DNA of 38,074 bases, from positions 1 to 38,074 of the forward strand of contig CAXHJY010001619.1 in NCBI GenBank assembly GCA_964016885.1, given 5' to 3'. Below are positions 25,296-38,074 of this stretch, piece after piece. Under the pieces are notes generated by a model. It was not told the DNA's origin. It worked only from the letters and a program-made list of their open reading frames with translations, and did no database searches. A program made the position numbers and the translations under genes. Numbering within the stretch: position 1 is the stretch's first letter; each line of letters begins with the position of its first letter. Origin of the DNA: Eledone cirrhosa (taxonomy: Eukaryota).

Positions 25296-25772
25296 GATGT
25301 GGTTCTGGAATGTAGAGCGCTTCTGAAGTGACCTTGTCGTCCAATTAACACCCTACAGAAAAGAAATAAATATATAAATAAATAAAAATAGGAATAAAAT
25401 GAAGTGTGGTTTATGTTAGATGTCCCGGAGGTTTGATATTTCTGAAATATTTGCGTTGAACCAATTCTCTTGTTTGTGTGTCGTATACCTGAAAATATGA
25501 TCAGAGGGGCCTTAAACCTTTGGTTTGAAGTCAGTCTATGAACCATCAGGGGCTGAAATATACCTATGTCTGTGTGTGTGTGTGTGTACATACACACACA
25601 CACACATACACAATCACATATACACACACACAAGAAGTCACATATAAAGACACAAACAAAGACACACACACACACAACCTCTCTCTCTCTCTCTTACACA
25701 CACACACACGCACACAAATGGGAGATAGACGGAATACTTTGTTTCAGAATTGTATATGCATTCTTTCTTCTA

Positions 25773-26210
25773 GTGGTGGTGTTGGTGGTGGTGGTGGTGA
25801 AGATGGTGGTGGAAGTGGTGGTGATGGTGGTGTGGTGGTGGTGGTGGTGGTGGTGGTGGTGATGGAAGTGTGGGGGTGCTTGGAATGATGCACCACACCC
25901 TCTTTTTGACGACTGAAGCTAAGCAATAAGGGTGGATAGTCTGGTTATGAAGAAAAGAGGAATACCACCTTACCACCACCACCACCACCATACCACCACC
26001 ACCACACCACCACCACCACCACCACCATACCACCACCATACCACCACCTTCACCACCACCACCATACCACCACCTTCACCACCACCACCACCATACCACC
26101 ACCTTCACCACCACCACCACCACCACCATACCACCATCATTACCACCACCACCACCACCACCACCATACCACCACCTTCCCCACCACCACCACCACTACC
26201 ACCACCGCCC
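25773..26210. repeat. (TGG)n tract, about 100-bp unique core, then (CCA)n tract
   Basis: Direct reading. Confidence 0.9.
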
Positions 26211-26502
26211 TAATCCGCCAATGTACCTTTCACGTGAGGTTATTTTGGTGAACAAACAAACAAGCAACAGTACATTGGAAGATATGAACAAGAACTGATA
26301 CTAGTGCGAGAGTGGGTGAGGCTGTGGTGGTGGGGGGAGGGTAAAGGTTTGTCAGTGTATTACGGAGAGTGGGGGGGGGGGATAAAGACGGTTGTATATA
26401 TGAAATTATATATAAATACATGTGTATATATATCAATATATGTATATATAGATATATATGCATATATATATATATAAATATATGTATATAAATATATATG
26501 TA

Positions 26503-27368
26503 CTAGCATTAAAGCCCGGCGTTGCTCGGGGTCAGTAAGTTACCAAAGTTAGGTTGCACCACCCATTTTATGGCAGCACTTTTTTGTCTGCCAGGCACTG
26601 GGTGAATGAATTGCAGACCTGGACTGCCCAAGCAGGAGCTGCGCCAGCAGTGACAATTGTAGTTTCGCCTATGAATATTATCTCTGTGCAAAGAAGTGTT
26701 GAAATTTATTGTTTCACAGTACTTGCGCAACACGCGCGTAGACGATGCCAGCCGAACAACAGAGCTGTGATGGAGTTGTTCTGCATGGTTGTCTAATGTG
26801 TGTTTTCTAAATTTAAGATAGTAGGGAGGGGTGTGATATGGGGGAGAGTTAGCTGCTGTTTCTAACAGGTTTAGTAGCCTCATAGAGGATATTATTGTGT
26901 ATAGTAAATAAACTGATACTTCTTTCTTCCATGTTCGTTGAGAGATGTTTTAAAAAAGATTTATCGCTATTTTTTTTGTTGTTGAATAAATTTATCTGTT
27001 GCTTTTGAATAATTGTTGTTTCGTATGAAATGTAATAAGTTCTCTTTGTCATTGAAGTAAATAAATGTTTGACCGTTCCACACTCAAAAACAAACGTTCT
27101 CTCTCTCTCTTCTTTCTTCGGCGTTCCTAAAGGAAGTTTGTAAGTTTAAGCGTATATAAGAGAAAGTTGCAGCATGTATGTAGTTTTATCGAATTTTAAG
27201 GGGAGTAGAGAGAGTAAATCAGATTGTAATAGAGGGCTAAAGAGTCATGTATTTAGTTTTATCGATTATTTCCGTAATTGTGGGTGAGTTTGAATGAAAT
27301 TTACAACATTCTTACAGACTTTGAGTCGAATCGGTTTGAAATTGTACAAATGTATAAACATGGAACAT

Positions 27369-27430
<62 letters not shown>

Positions 27431-27468
27431 CAACGACAACGACAACAACAACAATCTGCCTTTTATAG
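26503..27468 (-). mobile_element. Non-autonomous Helitron-like element with internal (CA)n
   Basis: Minus strand starts A|TCTATAAAAGG and ends with hairpin CCCGAGCAACGCCGGG about 8 nt before CTAG|T. Confidence 0.6.
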
Positions 27469-27648
27469 ATAATTGTTTCTACTTTTTTTTTATAGATAAT
27501 GATATATAAATATATATGTATATATATATATATAAATATGTATATATAAATATGTAGATATATATGTGTATGTATATGTATATATATATATGTGTGTGTG
27601 TGTGTGTAAATATACTATATGTATATATATATATGTGTGTGTGTGCGT

Positions 27649-28569
27649 AAAGTTTTCATGAAATAGTCTTTTAAGACTATACAGAGCATTTGATGTTATT
27701 CCAAATTGAAGGATAAGTGTTTCAAACTTTGTTTTATCATGAGTTAAAGGTCTATAGATTTTTCCATGGATTTTACTAAATTCTGTGGATGAATTTGTAT
27801 CCTGATTCTCTTTTGAGATGAGTTTGAGTTATTTTTCCTAAATCTTTCGTTAACTACTTTTCCCATCTTGACGTTATAGTCGCATATATGTTATAGAATG
27901 CCGTTAGCTTCTTGCTAAAACAATCTCTATACGTCTCATTTATATTTATACTCGGATTCTTTTCCTAGAGTGCTTAAACTATCTGTGACTAATCCCGGTT
28001 TTTTTCATAAAAACTGTGATAATTATTGCTATTTTGCTGAACTCCTTGTAGAGTTTTTTTCAGAATGTATTTGACTGCTATTTCTTGTAAATAAACATTC
28101 ACTTCCATCCTGACGTCACTAGCCCCGTTTTTTCCTCATGTGCTTTTTCATAAATACACATGAAGGCGAACTAGCCAGTTTTAGAATTCCCTTTTTCGGA
28201 CTATATTACTGTGAGAGCCCTGGTTTTCTGTTGAGCTCTGCTGATGAATGATATTCCAACCGTGACCATCTCCACTGAAAGTTTTCATGAAATAGTCTTT
28301 TAAGACTATACAGAGCATTTGATGTTATTCCAAATTGAAGGATAAGTGTTTCAAACTTTGTTTTATCATGAGTTAAAGGTCTATAGATTTTTCCATGGAT
28401 TTTACTAAATTCTGTGGATGAATTTGTATCCTGATTCTCTTTTGAGATGAGTTTGAGTTATTTTTCCTAAATCTTTCGTTAACTACTTTCCCCATCTTGA
28501 CGTTATAGTCGCATATATGTTATAGAATGCCGTTAGCTTCTTGCTAAAACAATCTCTATACGTCTCATT

Positions 28570-28571
<2 letters not shown>
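27649..28571. repeat. 294-bp direct repeats (27649-27942, 28278-28571; one mismatch seen), period 629, between microsatellites; possibly PLE-derived
   Basis: Direct comparison; only a weak decayed GIY-YIG-like reading on the minus strand. Confidence 0.85.
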
Positions 28572-28634
<63 letters not shown>

Positions 28635-28864
28635 GCATATAGTATTGTATTGATTTAAATTCCTATTAGATTTTACTCCCGATTATTGTATTCGATCGGC
28701 TGAGTATTTCGTTGGTCGAAGGAAGTAGTTGTATATTTAACATCTTCCCGCCAATTAACCCTTACAACATGGTCCGCCATGACACTGTAATATATATAGT
28801 AGCTATCCATCATTGGTGACCTAACCTTTCTGTGTAGAAGATGTGGATTTTCCGTTGTTTGTTC

Positions 28865-29025
28865 TTAGGACTTGCTCGCCGACGAGATTCTTTGAAGTGC
28901 TAAGTAATACCCTGTTGTGAGATGTCAATATTGATAACATCGATGAACTGAGAACTGTCATGTTCGATCGGGACGATTGGAGAAAGTGTGCTGAATCTTT
29001 GCGACTGTAAACTCGACCGGAGACA
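28865..29025 (+). mobile_element. Probable RTE-like LINE 3' end
   Basis: Translation DVNIDNIDELRTVMFDRDDWRK. Confidence 0.5.
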
Positions 29026-29235
29026 GTAGATAGTAAGTAATTGTTTAGCAGGATCGAAACCGTACGGTCCGGGCGTTTGAAATATAAGTTATTAAATGTT
29101 TTTTTATCGTTGAATTTGTTTAATTTATTCATTTATTTGCCCACGTGTGTTCTATTTGGGTATAGCTGCTTCACTGTTGTAGCAATGAGTTCGTCTTGAC
29201 TCAGGGTTTCACACCTGTTATTATTGAACAAGTTC

Positions 29236-29445
29236 GGTGGATTGGCAGTATCAGTAGAGGGTCGGACGCCATGCTTAGCAGCATAGGGTTATGGCCCTTT
29301 ATGATCTGAGTTCAAATCCCGCCGAGGTTAACTTTGCCTTTCATCCTTACGGGGTCGATAAAATAAAGTACCAGTCACCCACTGGGGTCGATTTAATCGA
29401 CTTTTCCCTCCCCCAAAATTGCTGGCCTTGTGCCTATATAAGAAA
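29236..29445 (+). mobile_element. tRNA-SINE family A, long-tail subfamily
   Basis: TSD ATTATTGAACAAGTTC on both sides; extra segment GGGGTCGATTTAATCGACTTTTCCCTCCCCCAAA. Confidence 0.93.
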
Positions 29446-29479
29446 TCATTATTGAACAAGTTCCTTGAGCGACCTGAAA

Positions 29480-29810
29480 CAATAGTGGATACACGCGGCT
29501 GAAGTCGGGTTTCTCCAAATGATTTTTTGGTGTAACGTTATTCTATAGAGTTCGTAGCTCGATCCAGGTAAGGCCGCTACATCTCCGAATTGACAAATTA
29601 CAGCTCCGATACTATAAGTATGTGGTTAGAATGTCTCAGTAAAGAATCGCTGGACATATTTTACGGGCAAAACCAACCAGCAGGAGATTTAGAAATAGAC
29701 CCCGAGCAAGATGGTTAGATAAAATCCATGAGCTTGACTGGTCTCACTTGGGGATCCAGCTGGATCAGTTGGAGACGTTTCCTGCTGGCAGAGCCCGCTG
29801 GGAGTTCTAA
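29480..29810 (+). mobile_element. Decayed RTE (Expander/Rex3-like) LINE C-terminus
   Basis: Broken translation AAEVGFL..GVTL..RVRSS..PLHLRIDKLQLRYYKYVVRMSQ*RIAGHILRAKPTSRRFRNRPRARWLDKIHELDWSHLGIQLDQL. Confidence 0.8.
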
Positions 29811-29981
29811 ACGCAGAAAATAAGTGTAACAACAGTCTATCTCTATAAATAACTTAGAAAATGCGGTAAAATACCCCTAGAGACGGAAAGAAAGGTGGCC
29901 AACATCCACTGCTGACCACTGTTTTACTGGCAGTAGGGATATTTTATTCGATTCTGTAAGGTATTATTTATAGCGATCGAC

Positions 29982-31422
29982 GATGGATTGGCAGAATCGG
30001 TAGAGGGTCGGACGCCATGTTAGGGCGGTGGATTGGCAGTATTAGTAGAGGGTCGGACGCCATGTTAGGGCGGTGGATTGGCAGTATTAGTAGAGGGTCG
30101 GACGCCATGTTAGGGCGGTGGATTGGCAGTATCAGTAGAGGGTCGGACGCCATGTTAGGGCGGTGGATTGGCAGTATCAGTAGAGGGTCGGACACCATGT
30201 TAGGGCGGTGGATTGGCAGTATCAGTAGAGGGTCGGACACCATGTTAGGGCGGTGGATTGGCAGTATCAGTAGAGGGTCGGACACCATGTTAGGGCGGTG
30301 GATTGGCAGTATCAGTAGAGGGTCGGACGCCATGTTAGGGCGGTGGATTGGCAGTATCAGTAGAGGGTCGGACACCATGTTAGGGCGGTGGATTGGCAGT
30401 ATCAGTAGAGGGTCGGACACCATGTTAGGGCGGTGGATTGGCAGTATCAGTAGAGGGTCGGACACCATGTTAGGGCGGTGGATTGGCAGTATCAGTAGAG
30501 GGTCGGACGCCATGTTAGGGCGGTGGATTGGCAGTCTCGGTAGAGGGTCGGACACCATGTTAGGGCGGTGGATTGGCAGTATCAGTAGAGGGTCGGACAC
30601 CATGTTAGGGCGGTGGATTGGCAGTCTCGGTAGAGGGTCGGACGCCATGTTAGGGCGGTGGATTGGCAGTCTCGGTAGAGGGTCGGACGCCATGTTAGGG
30701 CGGTGGATTGGCAGTATCAGTAGAGGGTCGGACACCATGTTAGGGCGGTGGATTGGCAGTCTCGGTAGAGGGTCGGACACCATGTTAGGGCGGTGGATTG
30801 GCAGTATCAGTAGAGGGTCGGACACCATGTTAGGGCGGTGGATTGGCAGTCTCGGTAGAGGGTCGGACACCATGTTAGGGCGGTGGATTGGCAGTCTCGG
30901 TAGAGGGTCGGACACCATGTTAGGGCGGTGGATTGGCAGTCTCGGTAGAGGGTCGGACGCCATGTTAGGGCGGTGGATTGGCAGTCTCGGTAGAGGGTCG
31001 GACACCATGTTAGGGCGGTGGATTGGCAGTATCAGTAGAGGGTCGGACACCATGTTAGGGCGGTGGATTGGCAGTCTCGGTAGAGGGTCGGACACCATGT
31101 TAGGGCGGTGGATTGGCAGTCTCGGTAGAGGGTCGGACGCCATGTTAGGGCGGTGGATTGGCAGTCTCGGTAGAGGGTCGGACGCCATGTTAGGGCGGTG
31201 GATTGGCAGTATCAGTAGAGGGTCGGACGCCATGTTAGGGCGGTGGATTGGCAGTATCAGTAGAGGGTCGGACGCCATGCTTTCCAGCATAGTTACGTCC
31301 CTTTACGATCTGAGTTCAAATCCCGCCGAGGTTGACTTTGCCTTTCATCCTTACGGGGTCGATAAAATAAAGTACCAGTAATGTACTGGGTAATTGCTGG
31401 CCTTGTGCCTAAAGTAGAAACA
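29982..31422 (+). mobile_element. Single tRNA-SINE family A insertion whose 45-bp 5' head is tandemly amplified about 29 times
   Basis: Unit CATGTTAGGGCGGTGGATTGGCAGTATCAGTAGAGGGTCGGACRC; one body at about 31280-31422; 19-bp flanking repeat ATTATTTATAGCGATCGAC (29963-29981, 31423-31441). Confidence 0.95.
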
Positions 31423-31536
31423 ATTATTTATAGCGATCGACTGTTGTTACAGGTATTTTCTGCGTTTGGGATTTTCACATATTCAAATTTCAAATCACTC
31501 AGCGCTTTGAGATTTCTACACATGTGTGTGTATATG

Positions 31537-31607
<71 letters not shown>

Positions 31608-31749
31608 TAAACAGGGGAAAATATATATATATGCATATATATATATATATATGCGCACATACACACACACACACACACACACGCACACATATATGTATAT
31701 GCATATATACAAGCACGCACTAACACACTCAAAATGCACACGCACGCAC

Positions 31750-31855
<106 letters not shown>

Positions 31856-32114
31856 CGAAAAAAAAACAAAAGCAAAAAGAAATAAAAAAAGAAAAGGCAA
31901 TATGACGGAAAAGAAGCAAATAGTTTGGAAATATGCCATTGAGCGATACCCGATAAATGGTACCACCCGTATTAAATATGGCAATTTATTAGATAAACTA
32001 CAACATATATACTTTCATAGCAATATTACGGCTTCTTTGTCCGTTTTATCGAGTCCCACACGGTTACTTCAGAACTTTTGACGACTCCTGATAAACTAAA
32101 TCACGTTTGTAGTT

Positions 32115-32538
32115 GGATCTCCGTCGGTTCCAACGACGAGTTATCTAGTTAATTCAATCCTTAAATCAGCTTTCTCGTTAAATTAACATGTAAGTGGCTG
32201 AGTATTCCACGGGCATGTAATCTCTTAATATAGTTCTCAATGAGATTCAGCATGAGACAATATGTAACAAAGCTGGTCCTTTGAAGTACAAGCACAACTC
32301 AAAATTAACATGTAAATGGCTGAGTATTCCACAGACATGTAATATCTTAATATAGTTCTCAGGGAGATTCTGCATGAGACTGTGAGTAACAAAGCTGGTC
32401 CTTTGAAGTTCAAGCACGACTCATTTCGTTTCCCCCAGCTGAGTGGACTGGGGGAACATGAAATAAAGTGTTTGGTAATGAAACTCACGACTTTACGATC
32501 AAGAGCCTCACACACTAACCACTAAACCACGCGCCTCC
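32115..32538 (-). mobile_element. Third tRNA-derived SINE family with an internal ~122-bp tandem duplication
   Basis: Minus 5' end GGAGGCGCGTGGTTTAGTGGTTAG (A-box)..GTCGTGAGTT; AAATTAACATGTAA..CCTTTGAAGT..ACTCA is duplicated at about 32180 and 32302. Confidence 0.8.
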
Positions 32539-33420
32539 ACAATAAACTTTCACAATGACGCAGTCGGATCTTTGGGCCTCCACAATAAACTTTCACAATG
32601 ACCCAGTCGGATCTTTGGGCCTCCACAATAAACTTTCACAATGACCCAGTCGGATCTTTGGGCCTCCACAATAAACTTTCACAATGACCCAGTCGGATCT
32701 TTGGGCCTCCACAATAAACTTTCACAATGACCCAGTCGGATCTTTGGGCCTCCACAATAAACTTTCACAATGACCCAGTCGGATCTTTGGGCCTCCACAA
32801 TAAACTTTCACAATGACCCAGTCGGATCTTTGGGCCTCCACAATAAACTTTCACAATGACCCAGTCGGATCTTTGGGCCTCCACAATAAACTTTCACAAT
32901 GACCCAGTCGGATCTTTGGGCCTTCCGCAACTTACTTTCACAATGACCCAGTCGGAACTTTGGGCCTCCACAATAAACTTTCACAATGACCCAGTCGGAT
33001 CTTTGGGCCTCCACAATAAACTTTCACAATGACCCAGTCGGATCTTTGGGCCTCCACAATAAACTTTCACAATGACCCAGTCGGATCTTTGGGCCTCCAC
33101 AATAAACTTTCACAATGACCCAGTCGGATCTTTGGGCCTCCACAATAAACTTTCACAATGACCCAGTCGGATCTTTGGGCCTCCACAATAAACTTTCACA
33201 ATGACCCAGTCGGATCTTTGGGCCTTCCGCAACTTACTTTCACAATGACCCAGTCGGATCTTTGGGCCTCCACAATAAACTTTCACAATGACCCAGTCGG
33301 ATCTTTGGGCCTTCCGCAACTTACTTTCACAATGACCCAGTCGGATCTTTGGGCCTCCACAATAAACTTTCACAATGACCCAGTCGGATCTTTGGGCCTT
33401 CCGCAACTTACTTTCACAAA
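32534..33420. repeat. 43/44-bp minisatellite, about 20.5 copies, two unit variants
   Basis: CCACAATAAACTTTCACAATGACCCAGTCGGATCTTTGGGCCT; variant ..CCTTCCGCAACTTACTTT.. Confidence 0.96.
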
Positions 33421-33556
33421 GGACATACGGATCTTATGTCTTTCTAATCGACTCACAATTAATTATGCCAGAACCTTCGACGACTCGCATTCGCATTTTA
33501 AAACTTCCATGAAAGAAAATATATAGAAACAGAAAAGAAAAAAAAACTACTAACAA

Positions 33557-33703
33557 TTTCTTCTTCTTCTTCTTCTTCTTCTTCTTCTTCTTCTTCTTTC
33601 TTCGTCTTTCTTCTTATTATTATTTCTTCTTCTTCTTCCTCTTCTTCTTTCTTCGTCTTTCTTCTTCTTCTTTCTTCTTCTTCTTCTTTCTTCTTTCTTC
33701 TTC

Positions 33704-33761
<58 letters not shown>

Positions 33762-33779
33762 CTATCTCTCTCTCTCTCC

Positions 33780-33872
<93 letters not shown>

Positions 33873-33885
33873 TCTCTCTCTCTCT
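33557..33885. repeat. (TTC)n and (CT)n polypyrimidine tract
   Basis: Direct reading. Confidence 0.95.
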
Positions 33886-34104
33886 TAACCTATTAACTAG
33901 AAAATTTCAAATTATAAAAGTTAAGGGAGACAACTCTTTGTCCTCTATGCCGTAAAAACAAAACTATTTCTCTCCCCACATCCATCTTATCTTTCCTCCT
34001 CACCTTCTTATAACCTCTCCCCCTCCCTCTTTAGTCTCTCCTTAACTCTCTTTCGTTACTCTGTCATTCATGGTCTCTATTTTAGCTTTTTCTTATTGCC
34101 GTTC

Positions 34105-34242
34105 AGAGTTATGGCCCTTTATCTTCTGAGTTCAAATCCCGCCGAGGTTAACTTTGCCTTTCATCCTTACGGGATCGATAGAATAAAGTACCAGTAATAC
34201 ACTGGGTAATTGCTGGCCTTGTGCCTAAAGTAGAAACAATTA
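34105..34242 (+). mobile_element. tRNA-SINE family A, 5'-truncated
   Basis: B-box through to tail. Confidence 0.9.
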
Positions 34243-34294
34243 TTATCCATATACGTAACATGTAATGTTACGTACTGAATTCAGTTATTAACTC

Positions 34295-34392
34295 ACTGTT
34301 GAAACGGCACGAGCTCAGCCGCCGGGCAGTAACTTTTCATTTACATATACTCTACTTTCCTAAGTATCGAGTATTTAGCTGAACCTGGTCTT
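34295..34392 (+). mobile_element. Diverged family X fragment
   Basis: GAAACGGCACGAGCTCAGCCGCCGGG..CTCTACT..AAGTATCGAGTA. Confidence 0.6.
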
Positions 34393-34420
34393 ACTAGTCT
34401 AAACTGGTGCTAACTCCCAA

Positions 34421-34500
<80 letters not shown>

Positions 34501-34532
34501 ATATATACACACACACACATATACACACACAC

Positions 34533-34578
<46 letters not shown>

Positions 34579-34683
34579 TCTCTCTCTATATATATATATA
34601 TACATACACACATATATATACATACACACATATATACATATATATATATATATATATTCTATATATATATATAATATATATAA

Positions 34684-34714
<31 letters not shown>

Positions 34715-34734
34715 ATATTCTATATATATATATA

Positions 34735-34782
<48 letters not shown>

Positions 34783-34848
34783 GTTATTCCGGGTTGAATC
34801 GGAGGTAACCACAGTAAGTAAGGTACTCAATACATAGCAGAGTATAAC

Positions 34849-34978
34849 AGTTTTAATATAGATGAGATTCTACAGGACTAGAACTGTTTCATTCATTTGA
34901 AATCATCAGGAATCACGATTCCTGATGATTTCAAATGAATGAAACAGTTCTAGTCCTGTAGAATCTCATCTATATTAA

Positions 34979-34982
<4 letters not shown>
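34849..34982. ncRNA. Perfect palindrome (66-bp arms) carrying two divergent type I hammerheads (34866-34914 minus; 34917-34965 plus)
   Basis: GATTC CTGATGA tTTCAaaTGAAt GAAACAG ttctagtc CTGTA GAATC. Confidence 0.85.
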
Positions 34983-35036
<54 letters not shown>

Positions 35037-35119
35037 TATATATATATATATATATACATACATACATACATACACACATATATATACACACATAAATATA
35101 TATATATATATATATATAT

Positions 35120-36178
35120 TTACCGGTCAGGTATGCCGACCTAAGCCTCCGGTCCCCGATCTCACTAGCTTTGCCGGCGTATCTTTCGTCGGTAACCCCG
35201 TGCCACGTCTTCGTCAGCAGGGTTCTTCAAAACACAACAGAACCCTCTGTGTTCAGAGAACGTGAGGCCGCCTGTGAGACGTGGGACCGGCTGGGACTTA
35301 GCCCAGTAGACGTCCCTCCTCCTTCTCCCCCTGTTGACGTCAAGTCCCCCCAACGCACTTGGGACGCCATCCAGTGCAGCCTGGCCTCAGACAGGCTCAC
35401 GCGCCAGCTCGACCAGCACCACCTTGCTTGTTTTCGTGCGGCCTCCAAACCCCACAGTGGTGCCTGGCTCCATGCTCTGCCCTCCTTCTCCACTGGCACG
35501 CAGCTAGACAACCATAGCCTGCGAGTCGGCGTTTCCCTGAGGCCCGGCCTCCGGATCTGCCAGCCACACCAATGTCACTACGGTTCCACCGTGGACTCCA
35601 TCCGCTTTCCTGTCGCCACAGTGCCGGCCGCATTCCACGCCATGCTGCCCTCAACGAGGTCATTAAGCATGGCTTGGACGCTGCAGGCTTCCCTTCCCAG
35701 CTCGAGCCGGTGGGGCTGGATCGAGGGGACGGCAAAAGGCCAGATGGCATGACCATCTTCCCGTTCCGCGGTGCCAAACCCCTCGTCTGGGATGCCACTT
35801 GCACCGACACTTTCTGCAGCCGCAACCTGGTGCAGTCTGCGACTGACCCAGGTTCTGCTGCACGTCGGGCTGAGGGGGCCAAACTCCTCAAATACTGGTC
35901 GCTCTTCGACAGGTTTGCGGTCGTTCCCCTGGCAGTGGAAACTTCTGGTGTCCTCGGCCCCAGGGCTACCTCCTTACTCACCACCATAGACGCTGAGCTG
36001 GCCAGCCGCAGGTGTGACCCCGCGAGTTGGAGTGGGTTTTCCAGCGCGTCTCCCTTGCCGTCCACTGGGGAAACGCCTTCTCCATTCTGTCCGCCGGGGC
36101 TGTGGGTGGACCCCATCGCGTACCAATACATTAGTTAAATACCATTCTTTCATCGTTACAACTTATATCCACATTAAT
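35120..36178 (+). mobile_element. 5'-truncated CRE-clade non-LTR retrotransposon (Zn-knuckle plus restriction-like endonuclease), frameshifted
   Basis: HSGAWLHALP..CQPHQC..GLHPLSCRHSAGRIPRHAALN..EPVGL..GKRPDG..WDATCTDT..AEGAKLLKY..PLAVETSGVLG../[16 protein letters not shown]; frameshifts near 35597 and 36017. Confidence 0.88.
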
Positions 36179-36179
36179 A

Positions 36180-37350
<1,171 letters not shown>

Positions 37351-37721
37351 TTATATATATATATATCTGTGAATGTCGTGTGCCTGAATGCATGTACGCA
37401 TCTAAAAGTATGTGCATACGTCTCTCTCTCCCTCTCTCTCTCCCTCTCTCTCTCTCCCCCTCTCTCTCTCTCCCCTTTCTCTCTCTCTCTCTCCCTGTTG
37501 CTCTATATATGTGCATATATATCGGAACAAGTCTGTGCTGTGCTGCACAATGCATTTTCACTGTATATTTCTGGGTATATCTCTCCCAAATACGGGTAGA
37601 TATATGTCCACCTACCCGTATGTGTAAGAGAGGGCCGCAGGTAAGCAGTGTGTAGGGGGTGGACGCTGTTTACAGATACCTCAGCATCATACAACTCACC
37701 TATAGTTCTAGGAGAATGTTG

Positions 37722-37751
37722 TGACGTCAATAGATGGTTGGCATGACGTCA
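37722..37751. promoter_or_regulatory. Two perfect CRE/ATF sites (TGACGTCA) 22 bp apart
   Basis: Sites at 37722-37729 and 37744-37751 in a non-repetitive island. Confidence 0.4.
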
Positions 37752-38033
37752 GCAGAGCTTGGTGTTTGACAGCTAGTGTTGTGTGCTGTGTGTTGTGTGT
37801 GTACACAGTTGTGTGTATGTTTGTGTGTGTGTGTACACAGTTGTGTGTATGTTTGTGTGTGTGTATGTGGGGCTGTATACAAGTGTGTGTGTGTGTGTGT
37901 GTGTATGCATGTATAAATATATATATATAGTATGTATGTAAATACATACATACTATATATATATATATACAATACACACACACACACACACTCACACATA
38001 TATAGTATATACTATATATATATATATAATATT

Positions 38034-38074
<41 letters not shown>

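Noticed and set aside
30019-31240. Interstitial telomeric array
   Set aside because: A single TTAGGG per 45-bp unit arising at the junction; not tandem hexamers
29968-31381. 440/454-aa repeat-protein ORFs on both strands
   Set aside because: The 45-bp SINE-head unit is a multiple of 3 without stops; its origin is a non-coding SINE
32534-33420. CRISPR array or Cys/His repeat protein
   Set aside because: Head-to-tail units with no unique spacers; the 43-bp period breaks the reading frame

Overview
Eukaryotic, AT-rich, repeat-saturated non-genic DNA, most likely from an octopod cephalopod (inferred from the tRNA-derived SINE families and the very high (TA)n/(CA)n/(CCA)n load). There is no confidently supported host gene, and almost all ORFs in the supplied track are microsatellite artefacts. 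The window holds about 11 copies of one tRNA-SINE, fragments of two other SINE families, RTE-type LINE 3' ends, a 5'-truncated CRE-clade RLE retrotransposon, decayed Penelope-like element (PLE) RT and GIY-YIG remnants, a hAT MITE, a Helitron-like element and several minisatellites. The dominant hidden signal is about 20 hammerhead-ribozyme (HHR)-like motifs from several unrelated sequence families, found by eye. Most sit in short fold-back (palindromic) PLE-type termini next to (TA)n tracts. They include U3-A8 and U10.1-U11.1 core variants, a 1.1-kb nested palindrome with four HHRs, and a candidate non-circularly permuted ('jumbled', pseudoknotted) hammerhead at 14332-14952. No folding program or database search was run.
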